Shown here in pieces: positions 1 through 10,810 of a stretch of DNA of 64,000 bases (positions are counted from its first letter, which is position 1; each line of letters starts with the position of its first letter). The DNA is from Diplonema japonicum. Taxonomy: Eukaryota > Protista > Euglenozoa: Diplonemea. The position numbers and the translations under genes are program-made. The stretch is taken from positions 434,001 to 498,000 of the forward strand of contig OZ025660.1 in NCBI GenBank assembly GCA_964019335.1, written 5' to 3'. The notes beneath the pieces are model-generated. The model was not told where the DNA came from, made no database searches, and saw only the letters and a list, made by a program, of their open reading frames with translations.

Positions 1-297
1 AAGTGGAGCAGCAGCTGAGGGACCACAATGACAACGAGACGAGAAAGTGAACGGACATGATTGACAATGAGAGGAGAGAGGGAAAATGGGGAGGGGGGAG
101 TTCTCACTCTCATTTCGGTTTGTAAAAACCAGGCATTGTGACGTCTTCGCTTTTCCCGCCCTGTTGGTGTATTTCCCCCCTTTTTTTTTCTTTGGTACCG
201 CGAAGAGCCTCGCGCTGCTGAGTTTGAGCTTCTCTTTCGATATTTTGACCGGCGGGCTGTGTTCGGCATTGACTCGCGCATCGGCCTTCTTAACCTT

Positions 298-3200
298 TTA
301 GATTTTTCGAGGGGGGGGTGTAAAACAAACCGCTTCCGCATTCGTAACCAGCGCCTTGGTGAAGAGCCGTTCGGTGAGAACCTGCATCTCGTCGGGGTTC
401 ATAAAGAGCTTTTTCCCAGCAACATCTCGTTTGACCTTTGCAAGGGCAGCCATCCTGCGTTTGTTGTAAGTCTGGACGGCTACTTCAGAGTTCCGGGAAG
501 AGGCTTCTTGCTTCTCTGCTTCGCTTAAGGTCTTCGTGGGTATCCGTTTGAACTCGTACTTCCTCATGAGAGCGTCGTGCTTCTTCTCCCTGCTGTCGAG
601 TGTCAAAGTATACAACTTCGCGATGATGTTGTCTGCCGACCTCTGCTCTGCTGCAGACAGATCCGGTGGAGGGAACGTCTTCTTCTCCTCTGTTGCTGGA
701 CGGGGCTTCGGCTGCTTATCAGGGTTGTAGAACTTCACAGCACACCCTTCCGCCCTTGTCACCCCGTCGTGCAGCGTCACAATCTTGTTTTTCTCCAACA
801 TTGCCTCTGCCTCCATCGTTCTTCGAACAGAAGGATGGTATAAGTGCGGTGACACTTTCGCCACTTTTTTCTTTGTCTGTCCTACGCCTTCAAGTTTCGC
901 CAGCTTCTTCACATATTCCTTTATAGTTTCATTTTCCACGTTGCTTTCTATCAGATCCACGCAAGGTGCAGTGTGCAGATTTGAAGGTTGCACAACAGGT
1001 ACCAGCGACCTGGGGCGTATCCCGCTTGCAGTTTTGAATTTATCGCCAGCCGTGCGTTGCTGTTCCGAAAGCTTGAAAGGAAGCGGGTACGTGGCGTTCA
1101 TCATCTGAGCTGGCGAGAGACGCTTTGACTTTGTGAAATGGGTGTTTGGTTTGCGTGACCGCTCGCACGAGCACCGCACAGTGTGCAGAATACCGTCATC
1201 AGCGAGTTTCGCCCCCGTGCTGAAGCCCAGTGCCGTGAGCCTCCGCCACATGTCCACCTCGCTTGTTTTGCAGATGTATTCTATAAACAGTGAGAACTCC
1301 TTTGCGCTCGCTTTGTCATGCATCCCATGTGCCGCCCATAACTCTTTCCCACTGATCTCCCAACACCCTTCCCGCCCCGCGTTCCACAGAGTGCTCCAAC
1401 AACAACATGTCACAATAGACGGCAGACCAGGGGCGGGCACATGCGATATCTTGCTGAAGATCGCCGTTGCCGCTTGCAAGCACTCCTGGGTCGCTTTGAG
1501 GTTCCCCTCTTGCAGTTCTACGAGCGGTACACACGGCCACGACAAATCATACAACGGGTCCTCGTGCGAACTGGCCGAGAGCAGGGCTCCCTGATGGTAC
1601 TCGTTGAGCACATACGAACAGTCGTTGTCGAGGAGGTATCCTAAGTTACCGAGAGCAGTCTCTACCACCCACGGGGTGTCCCACACTAAGTCGCGCATGT
1701 AGCACTGCCAGTCTGACTGGGAAATGCTAAAGACTGAACCGAAGCGCTGCCGCAGGATGTAGTCTGGCTGCAGACCATCAGTATAAAAATGGAATATCTG
1801 CAGGGCATGGAAGTCCATTGTTAACTCGTAACTCTGGAACCTCCTAAAGATTGCGCTGAAGACATGCTTTGTGTTGTCTGTCAACTCACCCGTTTCGTCA
1901 AGCAGCAGATTGTACAACGGTCGAGCGACAGGTGTCTTCTGTTGCATGCATGGCCATGTCACCCTGCAGCAAGGGTCCTCGCTCAGTTGCACAGCCATCT
2001 CCATCAAGACATTAAAATACACTTCCTCAGCACGCTGCGAGTTCACAGCATAACACACGGCCGCAGGGTTCGCTCTCTCTCCTGGAAGCATTCGCGTTGC
2101 CACTAAAGGCATTTCACATTTATTTCGAATACCCAAACGCTTCAGTATCCTGTCAGCACTCTCGCTGGGCAGTGCCATCAGCAGCACAGTGTAGTCGCTG
2201 TCTGTCACAACAACAGCTGGACTCATGTCAGCAGGACAGTTGAGCAAGGGTGACGGCGCACCAAAGATTGTTGTCTCGAGTGCCTGGCATGGTATGGGGG
2301 TTTGCAGGGAAGCTAGCATCATAGCAAGCACAGCACCTACCATGCCTCCGAAGTTCACGCCAACAACTGTTACCTTTGGGTCACTGCCGGATGCTTCTGT
2401 GAGCTGCAACACCAATGACCTCAAGGCGGGCGCTATCTTTGGAAATACAGCAGCTGCTGCTTCAACACTGCCCCTGTGGCCCATTGCACCATCATATTTA
2501 CAATAGGGAATAGGGATTGTGTCCTGCTCTTCACAGATGAGGGAGGCCTGGCTACCAGCGGCATGCAAAGCTACTACTATATGGCAAGGGCTGGAGTCAT
2601 TTGCAGGCATCCATGCCACCACCCACTGTACGGGGGAAGTCGGTTGTGAGGAGCTAGCATGGAGAAGCTGCTGCCTACCTGTTGTCATCTTGCTCAAGAA
2701 GTGCAGTGCGTCCAGACATCGGAGCTTTGAGACACGCGCACGTTGTGTTAGTGCTGCCGACGAAATGCAAGTGCAGATCAATGCTATTAGATGCCGCACT
2801 TCTTGGAGCTCGCCCCCTAGCATTTGCGTCCGCTTGCGTACAAAGCGTGCCCAGCTGAGCAGCGCGTCGTGGTCGGCGGGGCTCCATGTGGGCTCGGCAC
2901 ATTTCCAACGATTTAAAAGTTGCGCCTTGATGAACTCCTGCTGAGAGTAGGCCTTCTCGTAGGAAGTGCCAAGGGCTGCGTACGAAGGAACACAAGGCGG
3001 CGCCATCTCCCACGTGCGAGGAACAAGCTCAGGCGTGTCATCCCCCTCGCTGCTGTCGTACTGGTCGAGCTCGTCGGGAATCGGCTTCCGAGACTTTAGC
3101 TTCACAGTGGCAGCGACCGAACTCTTGCAAACACCCATTTTGTCGGTAAATGCCGTCTTCTTCTTGAACTGCTCGATGTACTGCTCATTGCTCTGCAGCT

Positions 3201-6055
3201 GCGCATCTGTTGTCTCCTCCTTCCACACTCTTCTGCATAGCTCAGAGTCTGCTTTGATTTGTGCAGCGTTTTGCCTTTTTCGATGCTCTTCGCTTTGCCT
3301 GAGCTCTTTCCTCCTGAGCTGCTTTTCCTCCTGCCGCAGGCATGCCTCCGCTCTGCTTTTTTCCTCCCTTGCAGCAAGGATTTCCAGCTCCATCTCTTTG
3401 CGTTCCTGCCGCTCTTCTCGCCGCAGGACAGTGAGATGTGCTTGCTCCTCACGGCGTTGCTTCTCGGATTCTCGCTTGTTGCTGAGCTGCTTTGAGCATG
3501 TGTTTTTGAGAAGATTCCTGTACGCAGACCATTCGCATTGTTCGTGCTTCCGCCAGAATTTCTCATCACGGATCTCGTCTACCCTGTCTCTGATGAGCTT
3601 CTCGCGGAATACCATGGCCATGTTTTCTTGCTCGTGCCTCTGCTCGGCTTTAGCCTTCATCTGTGCTTGGGTGGTCAATACGCCCTTCCAAAAAGTTGCT
3701 TCTCCCTCCCGCTTTTTCTTTACATTTTCTTCAAATCTTGAGCGATTCGTCGCGTTTTCGTCCAACCTTGTCTTCTCTGCCTCAGTTCTCTCCTCCGCTG
3801 CCGCTTTAATCTCCTCCTTGCGGCGTGCCTGCTCCTCAGCCTTACGCATGTCGGCTTCATACCTCTCTTGCTGCAGCCGTTCCACTTCTTCCCGCTTTTT
3901 TTGCAGCACGGCCATCGTTCGTTTTTGTTCATTCTGGATCGCTTTTGCTTTTTCTTTTTCTTGTTCCATCTTTTTCTCTTTGCATTTTTGCCGTGCTTCC
4001 TGCCTTTTCTGCCTCGACATCTGTGCTTCGTTTTTAGCCGCGTCTCGCATATCTTTGGTTTTCTGTTCCAATTGCTCGGCTATTTTTCTTTCCTTTTCTT
4101 GCTGCTGCTGAAGTTTCGATTGGTGAAGTTGCTCGAGTTCTTTCGCCCGCTCGGCTTTCCACTCTGTCACGTGCTTTAGCTTCGCCTCTTTGGCACCTTC
4201 AGCGGATTCCCGTTCGTAATCCATGCGTCCCCGTCGCTCCTGGTAGAATTGCACCATTGCCTTGTCTACTTTATCTTTTCTCTTCTTTTGAGATGTGCTG
4301 TAGCCTTCGATGCGAGATTTCATGAGGCCCCGCTCTGTCTCTGAGACATGCTTGTCGTGTGCAAGCTGCGCGATGATCTTATCTTTCATGTCTTTGTGCT
4401 GTGCCTGCATAGTGGCACGTCGCTTGTCGATCTCCTTTTGTACTTTTTTTGTTTCCTGTTCCACCTGCAGCGCATGCTCTTCGATTAGCCGTATGCGTTG
4501 CTCTTCATAAAGTTTCAGCGTCTCGCGAGTCGCAGCTCTTCGTTCTGACTTTGCCTCCTCAGTAGACCTGTGTCGGATGTCTCGCTCCGTTTCGAGCATG
4601 CCCTCGATCTGCTCCGTTAAACATCCCTGCCGTTCCTTGTAAAGCTTTCTCTTCGCACGGGCCTCCTTCTGCCTGCGGTGTTCCCTCCTCTTGATGATCT
4701 CAAGCTTCGCATCCAACCCATAGTCGTCGTCGTGCGTGATTTCCTCCGTCTCTTTAATGAAGCAGACCTGCTTCTCGGACCTCACGGAAGCTGCAGGGGA
4801 TACAGGTTCGGGGTAATCCAGATCACTACTCTCGAACATCTCATCGTCCTGAAAATCATACCTAAAAGGAGAAAAGAAAAAAAAAATGTTACTTCCGAGG
4901 GACAAGATCTATCATATTGGTTACAATCGACTCTGCGGGGAGCTTTTTCCACATAGTGTACTGCTCGTTGACGGCGGGGTCGTCGAGGTGGTTCTTGATG
5001 TGGTCTTCGTAGCAGTGCTGGTGGAAGGAGTCGAGGGTGTACCGTGCACGGGAGCAATTAGAAGCGATGGTAGCAGCCTCCAGCGGAGAGATATGGTGGA
5101 AGAGAGAGTACCCGGCTGCAACAATGTTTTGGTACACCTTGGGATGGATAGGTAGGTCTACGATGCATCTGCTCAGAACCAACAAATCGTCCACGTTGAG
5201 AGTGGGCCCCGTCACACGGCCTTTGATAAAAGACGCCTCGACACCGCGGCAAAAACGACGTAGGTCACTTGAGGGGGCAGCGTCCCGCCCGCCCATTAAG
5301 ACCAGGCCTTCTAGCATTTTAGCGAGTTGTGCTCCGTTCATAGTCAAACCCATTTTCTTTGTGTAGTAATGGTGGATGAGGTAACTGTCTCGGCAAGATG
5401 CACGTCCCAAACTTAACATGATCGTGGCCACCTCTGATGACTTCAGAGCACCCCGTATGTCATGCCTGTGCAAGAACAAGGAGAGGGTTTTCATGAGATG
5501 GGAATATCTGTCACCGTACCGTGCAAGGGAGACAGCTAGGGAAGCAAGCTGCCGCGGGGTGTGATGACGAGACGACGCGAACTGCGCAGCGAGTTGTGCA
5601 GCAAGTTCCGCGTGTGTAACTTCCGACTTGCTGAATGTCGAAAACAGGTCTACTAAGGCCGCTCTCTCCAGGACAGGTTTTTCCTCAGAAAGCCTCTTTG
5701 AAATCGAAGCAAGGAGTTTACTATCACTCGTTTTCCACGTATCTCCGGTGATGGAAGCTACATGGGCTACTTCGCCGATAGGCATCTTTCCTTCCTCACA
5801 CCACATCCTTGCTATATTTGCCATGTCTGCTATCACAAAGGGCTTCACTTTTATCCGTCTCCCTCCTGAAGCAATGCTGTCGAGTACTTCCAACCCCGTC
5901 TTGCTGTACTCCTGATCCCTCAGCACCAGCACCGCTTCTCGAGACGCTTGTATATATGGCTTTAAAGTCCGCCTTTCTGCTTTCCCCTTTCTCAACACCA
6001 GCTCAACACCCTCCAACACCTTTCGCTTCAACTCGGCATGGGAGCTTCTCTTCAT
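298..6055 (-). CDS. Large protein: N-terminal helical domain, long coiled-coil, lipase class-3-like alpha/beta segment; probably spliced across a 31-nt intron (4862-4892)
   Basis: ORFs 4889-6055 and 298-4905 join in frame on removing GTAAC...TTTTAG (4862-4892), giving ...VPRK-YDFQDD...; E/K/R/Q-rich coiled coil; HRG..VTVVGVNFGG resembles a lipase motif lacking the catalytic Ser. Could be two genes if the AG is a trans-splice site. Confidence 0.65.
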
Positions 6056-6440
6056 TGCGTTGTATTAGTCATCCCTGCGTGCAAATTTAAGCAAAAGGAG
6101 ACAATGAAGGGTAGGGTGCATATAAAACAAAAGAACCAATCAAACGAAGAAGATGGAGGAAAGAAAGTACAGACACCCCTTTTTATTTTCTATTGTGTAG
6201 TAGAAGGTGCTTTGAAGCCAGCAGTATTATGAATAGTATCATCATCCTTACAGGCATCGGGCACTGGGAGCAATAAAGAAAACAAGAGGTGGCTGAACGG
6301 GAAAACAAAGAAACGGGCTAAATGGCATCCCTCTCAACATCCTTGCAGAGAACTAGCGATAGAAAGCTATGCACTCCAAGGGACAATGGTCAATCATACA
6401 CGGTGGAGACGCCTAAAGGGGTGGGATTGGTGTAAGCAGT

Positions 6441-6779
6441 TTACTGCCTAACGGTGAGGTGCTTGATGATCTTGCCATCGGCGTTGAAGGTGTAGGTCTG
6501 CTTCAAGGTGGCGGTGACCATCATCTTGGAGACGACCATGGTACGGGTGGCGGTGAGCTCGCCCTCAGCCACGAAATCCGTCTTCGACTTGATGGTGGGG
6601 AGGCTCTGGCCAGCCCAGAACTTCATCACCTTCGCCTTCCCGTTGTGCGTCTCGGTCGACATCATGGTCGGCACGGTCCACTCAACTGCGTCAGCAAGGA
6701 ACTCAGCAGCCTCGTCGTTCTTCTTCGCCATGCGAAGCTCAACGAACTTGTTCACAAGTGCAACGGCGTCAACGCTCAT
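6441..6779 (-). CDS. NTF2/SnoaL-like small protein, copy 1
   Basis: 112 aa; FLADAVEW..P....NGKAKV..FW and terminal YTFNADGKIIK typical of the NTF2/SnoaL fold; identical protein at 8679-9017 and 24644-24982. Confidence 0.8.
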   Translation of the reverse strand: MSVDAVALVNKFVELRMAKKNDEAAEFLADAVEWTVPTMMSTETHNGKAKVMKFWAGQSLPTIKSKTDFVAEGELTATRTMVVSKMMVTATLKQTYTFNADGKIIKHLTVRQ

Positions 6780-6876
6780 TTTATTTATGTGGGTTTTGAA
6801 AACTTGTAGGAAACACTGTGGTGTGGTGTTGCTTCAAAGGGTTTTGTGCCCTTCTCTCTCCCTCTTTCTTTCTCTC

Positions 6877-6944
6877 CAATCTCGCATCAGGACTGGAGGA
6901 TGGTATCTTTATTTGATAAAGGCCTTCAGTGGCACCCGTGCTGC
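6877..6944 (-). ncRNA. AGA-box H/ACA-like snoRNA family A1
   Basis: Single hairpin ending TGC-(G/A)AGA; pocket predicts target ACUGGA-PsiN-GUGGCA, similar to LSU ACUGGCUUGUGGCA; apical stem varies while pocket is invariant; copies 9223, 9651, 12150, 32173, 34649, 51342. Confidence 0.8.
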
Positions 6945-6970
6945 CCTTCTCCCTCCCTCCTACCCCTTAC

Positions 6971-7037
6971 ATGTCTCGCACCCCTCCAACGCCTCTTTCA
7001 TGTATGAAGAACGCGAAGTGGTGTTAATTAAGGGTGC
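6971..7037 (-). ncRNA. AGA-box H/ACA-like snoRNA family A2
   Basis: GCACCC...GGGTGC-GAGA hairpin; copies 9745, 23710, 32267, 39229, 52451. Confidence 0.75.
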
Positions 7038-7083
7038 TCTCCAGGCCTGTCCGGGTACGTTGGGAAGACAATTGTTTTTTTTT

Positions 7084-7178
7084 TCAGAAAGGGTTTGTGC
7101 AGAGCACCTATCCATCAAACACCTATCATCTGTGATGACAAGGTCAGAGACTCTAGTCTTTTGTGCTTTGATCATCAT
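7084..7178 (-). ncRNA. Box C/D snoRNA family CD1
   Basis: C ATGATGA, D' CTGA, internal hairpin, D CTGA; D' guide AGACTAGAGTC complementary to conserved LSU GACUCUAGUCU; copies 9868-9962, 32390-32484, 59913-60007, 63551-63645. Confidence 0.9.
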
Positions 7179-7233
7179 TCACAGCGTTGGTGTGTCCCCT
7201 TCGACACGGGTCATAAAAGCAAAAAGAACAAAG

Positions 7234-7298
7234 TAGTCTCACGCTGATAAAGCTCCCATTCCAAGCATGAAGTGCCCAACGGGTGGTATGTACAGCGT
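7234..7298 (-). ncRNA. AGA-box H/ACA-like snoRNA family A3
   Basis: ACGCTG...CAGCGT-GAGA hairpin with internal pocket; copies 10049, 21047, 23426, 32571, 38932, 52152, 60058. Confidence 0.8.
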
Positions 7299-7315
7299 TA
7301 GAAGAGTCGGAGACA

Positions 7316-7401
7316 TCAGAAGAGGTGTAGTTTGTTGATAATGTTCCATTTCACGCCCCCCCAGGGGGAGGTCATCTAACCGCAATATCGTGTCTCATCA
7401 T
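7316..7401 (-). ncRNA. Box C/D snoRNA family CD2
   Basis: C ATGATGA, D' ATGA, D CTGA; D guide CTACACCTCT complementary to LSU AGAGGUGUAG; copies 24001-24086, 52742-52827, 60166-60251. Confidence 0.85.
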
Positions 7402-7458
7402 CTGTCTGTTTAAGCCAATTACAAAACAGCAAAAAAACACGCGGAAAAAAAAAAGAAG

Positions 7459-7522
7459 AGTTCTCACCAGCACATCGAACCACATGCACCATGATGAGCT
7501 GCTGCGGTATTGCAATGCGGGT
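7459..7522 (-). ncRNA. AGA-box H/ACA-like snoRNA family A4
   Basis: Hairpin ending GGT-GAGA, upper stem ACCGCA/TGTGGT; copy 60300-60363. Confidence 0.7.
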
Positions 7523-7547
7523 TTCCTTCTGACACTCTCCAACGCTC

Positions 7548-7616
7548 TCATCTCCCGCCCACTTTCACCCTGCAGCACAAACAGAGTGTGAATGCTGCAA
7601 CGACAGCGGAGGGCGG
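7548..7616 (-). ncRNA. AGA-box H/ACA-like snoRNA family A5
   Basis: CCGCCC...GGGCGG-GAGA, upper stem TGCAGCA/TGCTGCA; copies 9332, 12276, 16546, 23067, 31949, 51468, 60391. Confidence 0.8.
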
Positions 7617-7651
7617 TTTCTCCAAGAGATAAAAAAAGTTATTGCATATCG

Positions 7652-8377
7652 GTACAATTCAGTCAAAATTAAAAAAAGAAAAATACTCGAAGAACAACGA
7701 AGAGTCACCATTGGTGAGCAATGGTGGGAAAGATGCACAAATCACTGAAGGATTGAAGCCTATTAAGCTGTTGTGGCAGTCTTGTTGCTGCTTCAGCCAA
7801 TCTTGTGGTTGTATGAGTAAGGGCGTAAAGGCAGCTTCCCCACTTCAGGAGACCAGAGGAAGGAGGGGGGACTGGAAGAGGGACAAGAGGATATTCCTCA
7901 GAAACACTTTCGATAACAACCCTTCTGGTGAAACTGGATAGAGACACCCCTGCGGCCTTCGTCTTTTGCATTTGCTGTTAAAGACTACAGGGGAGCGGGG
8001 CCCACTCATGTAGAAGCTTGCGGCGGTGTCACCGACATCCCAGATGGCGAGGACAACGTGGTAGCCCGACTTGGAGGGGAGGGTGCAGGAGTGGGTCGTC
8101 ACCATCGGGGGCTTCACCATCCCGCCCGCCGCGATGCAGAAGGGAGCATCCTCGAAGCTGCCTCATAAAGGTCGAACCACTACCTGCTCTCATCAGCGCA
8201 TTGTGACTGCACCCCAAGGGTTATTGAGCCAGTAGGAGTAGGGCCAACGTCTACCCTGCCGTTGTGCATGGATGATATGAACTATATAAACAAAGACACC
8301 ACAGGCATTGCCTCACCATAGTCCAACATTGTTTTCAGTATTTACATGTGTAAGGGGGGCGAGAGCAGGGGTGGGGG
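7652..8377 (-). pseudogene. Mosaic remnant of the LPMO gene and of the 30839-31804 gene
   Basis: 7652-7870 patches of LPMO 3' flank and C-terminus; 8009-8163 near-exact LPMO coding piece ([12 protein letters not shown]...ASFY); 8253-8283 matches 31593-31623; 8306-8377 matches about 31781-31851 but the ATG is destroyed. Confidence 0.8.
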
Positions 8378-8678
8378 TACTCTAAATATATTTTGTCCTA
8401 CTCTTTACTACAAGAAAAACAATTACTCACGAAGTCAATTTTGACTCTTTTATAATAAAAAGGGGGGGGGGGAGGAAACAGAAATTTAGCATATTTCGGT
8501 TACATGCCTAAAAAAGCGTTTTCCTTCCAATCACAACAGCACACGTAGCAGTAAAGGGGAAAAGAGAAAAAAAAAGGAAAGAAGCTGACATGAAAGGTCG
8601 TGCTTTATGCCGCAAAAATCGGGCTGGGGAAACTAAATGAGCAGGTATGGAGAAAACGGGGATGAACACAAAGGCAGT

Positions 8679-9017
8679 TTACTGCCTAACGGTGAGGTGC
8701 TTGATGATCTTGCCATCGGCGTTGAAGGTGTAGGTCTGCTTCAAGGTGGCGGTGACCATCATCTTGGAGACGACCATGGTACGGGTGGCGGTGAGCTCGC
8801 CCTCAGCCACGAAATCCGTCTTCGACTTGATGGTGGGGAGGCTCTGGCCAGCCCAGAACTTCATCACCTTCGCCTTCCCGTTGTGCGTCTCGGTCGACAT
8901 CATGGTCGGCACGGTCCACTCAACTGCGTCAGCAAGGAACTCAGCAGCCTCGTCGTTCTTCTTCGCCATGCGAAGCTCAACGAACTTGTTCACAAGTGCA
9001 ACGGCGTCAACGCTCAT
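8679..9017 (-). CDS. NTF2/SnoaL-like small protein, copy 2
   Basis: Protein identical to 6441-6779. Confidence 0.8.
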   Translation of the reverse strand: MSVDAVALVNKFVELRMAKKNDEAAEFLADAVEWTVPTMMSTETHNGKAKVMKFWAGQSLPTIKSKTDFVAEGELTATRTMVVSKMMVTATLKQTYTFNADGKIIKHLTVRQ

Positions 9018-9443
9018 TTTATTTATGCGGGTTTTGAAAACTTGTAGGAAACACTGTATTGTGGTGTTGCTTCTTCTTATTTCCAGTTCCCCAAGAGAGG
9101 GAATAGGCTGCAGCCTTGTACAGCTTGCCAGTTTTAAAAACTACCTCTCTCCAATCTCGTTGCCCTCTCGTTCTTCCCTCTCCTTCCTTAACAGCTGTTC
9201 TCTCTCCCTCTTTCTTTCACTCCAATCTCGCATTAGGACTGGAGGATGGGATCTTTACAAGATAAAGGCCTTCCGTGGCACCCGTGCTGTTGTCGTCCTA
9301 CCCTCCTACCCCATCATTCAATTGAAGACATTGCTCTCCCGCCCACTTTCACCCTGCAGCACAAACAGAGTGTGACTGCTGCAACGACAGCGGAGGGCGG
9401 TGGCCATAAGGAACAGACACCGGGAAGGGAGATAAAAGGTTGG

Positions 9444-9510
9444 AGATCTTGTACCAGATAAAGGGAACCTGTGCAAGGTACGAGGCACCTCACAGGAGGG
9501 TTGCCGGTAC
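9444..9510 (-). ncRNA. AGA-box snoRNA family A6 (SNORA61-site-like)
   Basis: GTACCGG...CTGGTAC-AAGA; pocket predicts AAAGGGAA-PsiN-GGGUU, the conserved LSU motif around human 28S Psi2495; copies 23189-23255, 51927-51993. Confidence 0.85.
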
Positions 9511-9534
9511 TCCATCTCCCTCTCCTCTCTTTCT

Positions 9535-9601
9535 CTCTCTCGCATAGCTTCACAACCAGCACCCTATTCAGAGAGGGAACAGGCTGTTACAAGCTTGCTG
9601 C
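9535..9601 (-). ncRNA. AGA-box H/ACA-like snoRNA family A7
   Basis: GCA.AGCTT...AAGCT.TGC-GAGA hairpin; copies 23525, 39034, 52251. Confidence 0.7.
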
Positions 9602-10154
9602 AAGTTTTCAAAACAGCTGTTCTCTCTCTCTCTCCCTCTTTCTTTCACTCCAATCTCGCATCAGGACTGGAGGATGGTATCTTTATTTGATAAAGGCCTT
9701 CCGTGGCACCCGTGCTGCCCTTCTCCTTCCCTCCTACCCCTTACATGTCTCGCACCCCTCCAACGCCTCTTTCATGTATGAAGAACGCGAAGTGGTGTTA
9801 ATTAAGGGTGCTCTCCAGGCCTGTCCTGGTACGTTGGGAAAACAACTGTTTTTTTTTTTTTTTTTTTTCAGAAAGGGTTTGTGCAGAGCACCTATCCATC
9901 AAACACCTATCATCTGTGATGACAAGGTCAGAGACTCTAGTCTTTTGTGCTTTGATCATCATTCACAGCGTTGGTGTGTCCCCTTCGACACGGGTCATCA
10001 CTTCAAGAGACGAAAAAGGTAGCTCTTTTAAAAGCAAAAAGAACAAAGTAGTCTCACGCTGATAAAGCTCCCATTCCAAGCATGAGGTGCCCAACGGGTG
10101 GTATGTACAGCGTTGCGTTGCCTTGTCCCTCCACTCCAAGGAGAAGGGTGTGCA

Positions 10155-10243
10155 TCAGACGATGCCGTCTCACTGGTGTCTGCTCAGCACCAACAGAAGC
10201 CTGCCGGTTCATAAAATATAGGATCTAAGTGGTGAATCATCAT
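10155..10243 (-). ncRNA. Box C/D snoRNA family CD3
   Basis: C ATGATGA, C' GTGCTGA, D CTGA; D guide CGGCATCGT complementary to SSU-like ACGAUGCCG; copies 32677-32765, 51735-51823, 63962-end. Confidence 0.8.
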
Positions 10244-10763
10244 CTGCTCATTCCTTGGAAACTCTCTTGTTGGTTTCTCGATCCTTCCGTGTCTTTGTGT
10301 GTCCCCTCTTGGTTATCGTTGTATTTCGCGATCCCAGCCCACGACGGTACCCACCCAGCGTGTACAATTCAGTAAAAATAAAAAATACTCAAAAAAACAA
10401 CGGGAGTCACCATTTGGTGAGCGCAATGCACGTATCACCAGCTGTCCATTGGGAAGTTAAAACGAAAAGAAAGGTAAAAGAGAGTGAAAGAAAGGAGGGA
10501 GGGAAAAGTGTAACCGGACATGTGTCATGGTTACAAGGTATAATAATAGGGGAGGAGGGAGGGAAGCTCTCGGCCCACCACAGGTGGGCGAAGGGAATCA
10601 TTTTAATCAAATGTTTTTTTTTTTCCTTTTTTAAATTCTTTTTTCGAACAAAAAAGACACGATGCACAAGTCACAGAAGAAGAAGAATAAGAAGAGGAAG
10701 CCTAATAAGTTGGTATTGTTGCTGTCTTGTCCCAATTAAGAGAGTATGGCGTTGGTCCTCTTC

Positions 10764-10803
<40 letters not shown>
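10764..10803. repeat. (TTG)n microsatellite just downstream of the LPMO stop
   Basis: Length differs among the three LPMO copies (10764, 33286, 49888). Confidence 0.9.
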
Positions 10804-10804
<1 letters not shown>

Positions 10805-10810
10805 GCTGCT

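Larger units (their letters stand above)
6877..7616 (-). ncRNA. snoRNA cluster A (plus-strand order A1,A2,CD1,A3,CD2,A4,A5)
   Basis: Tandem C/D (RTGATGA...CTGA) and single-hairpin AGA-box modules on the minus strand. Confidence 0.85.
9223..10243 (-). ncRNA. snoRNA cluster B (A1,A5,A6,A7,A1,A2,CD1,A3,CD3)
   Basis: Same module set in a different order. Confidence 0.85.

Noticed and set aside
7234-7298. A3 as the SL-RNA guide SLA1 (contains aaagct and tggtatg, SL-like words)
   Set aside because: The two words are not adjacent in SL RNA as I recall it, and the SLA1-type pairing to CAGUUUC is absent
9960-10001. Extra C/D snoRNA starting at GTGATGA upstream of CD1
   Set aside because: This C box is missing in the 7.2-kb and 60-kb copies and its putative D box overlaps the CD1 C box
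9471-10062. Short ORFs repeated across intergenic clusters (for example 9471-10022, 32119-32544)
   Set aside because: Frames are broken by homopolymer length changes between copies; conservation follows RNA boxes and stems
6877-10243. CRISPR-like repeat/spacer array
   Set aside because: Many different repeats rather than one, no regular spacing, no cas genes, eukaryotic context; snoRNA boxes explain the modules
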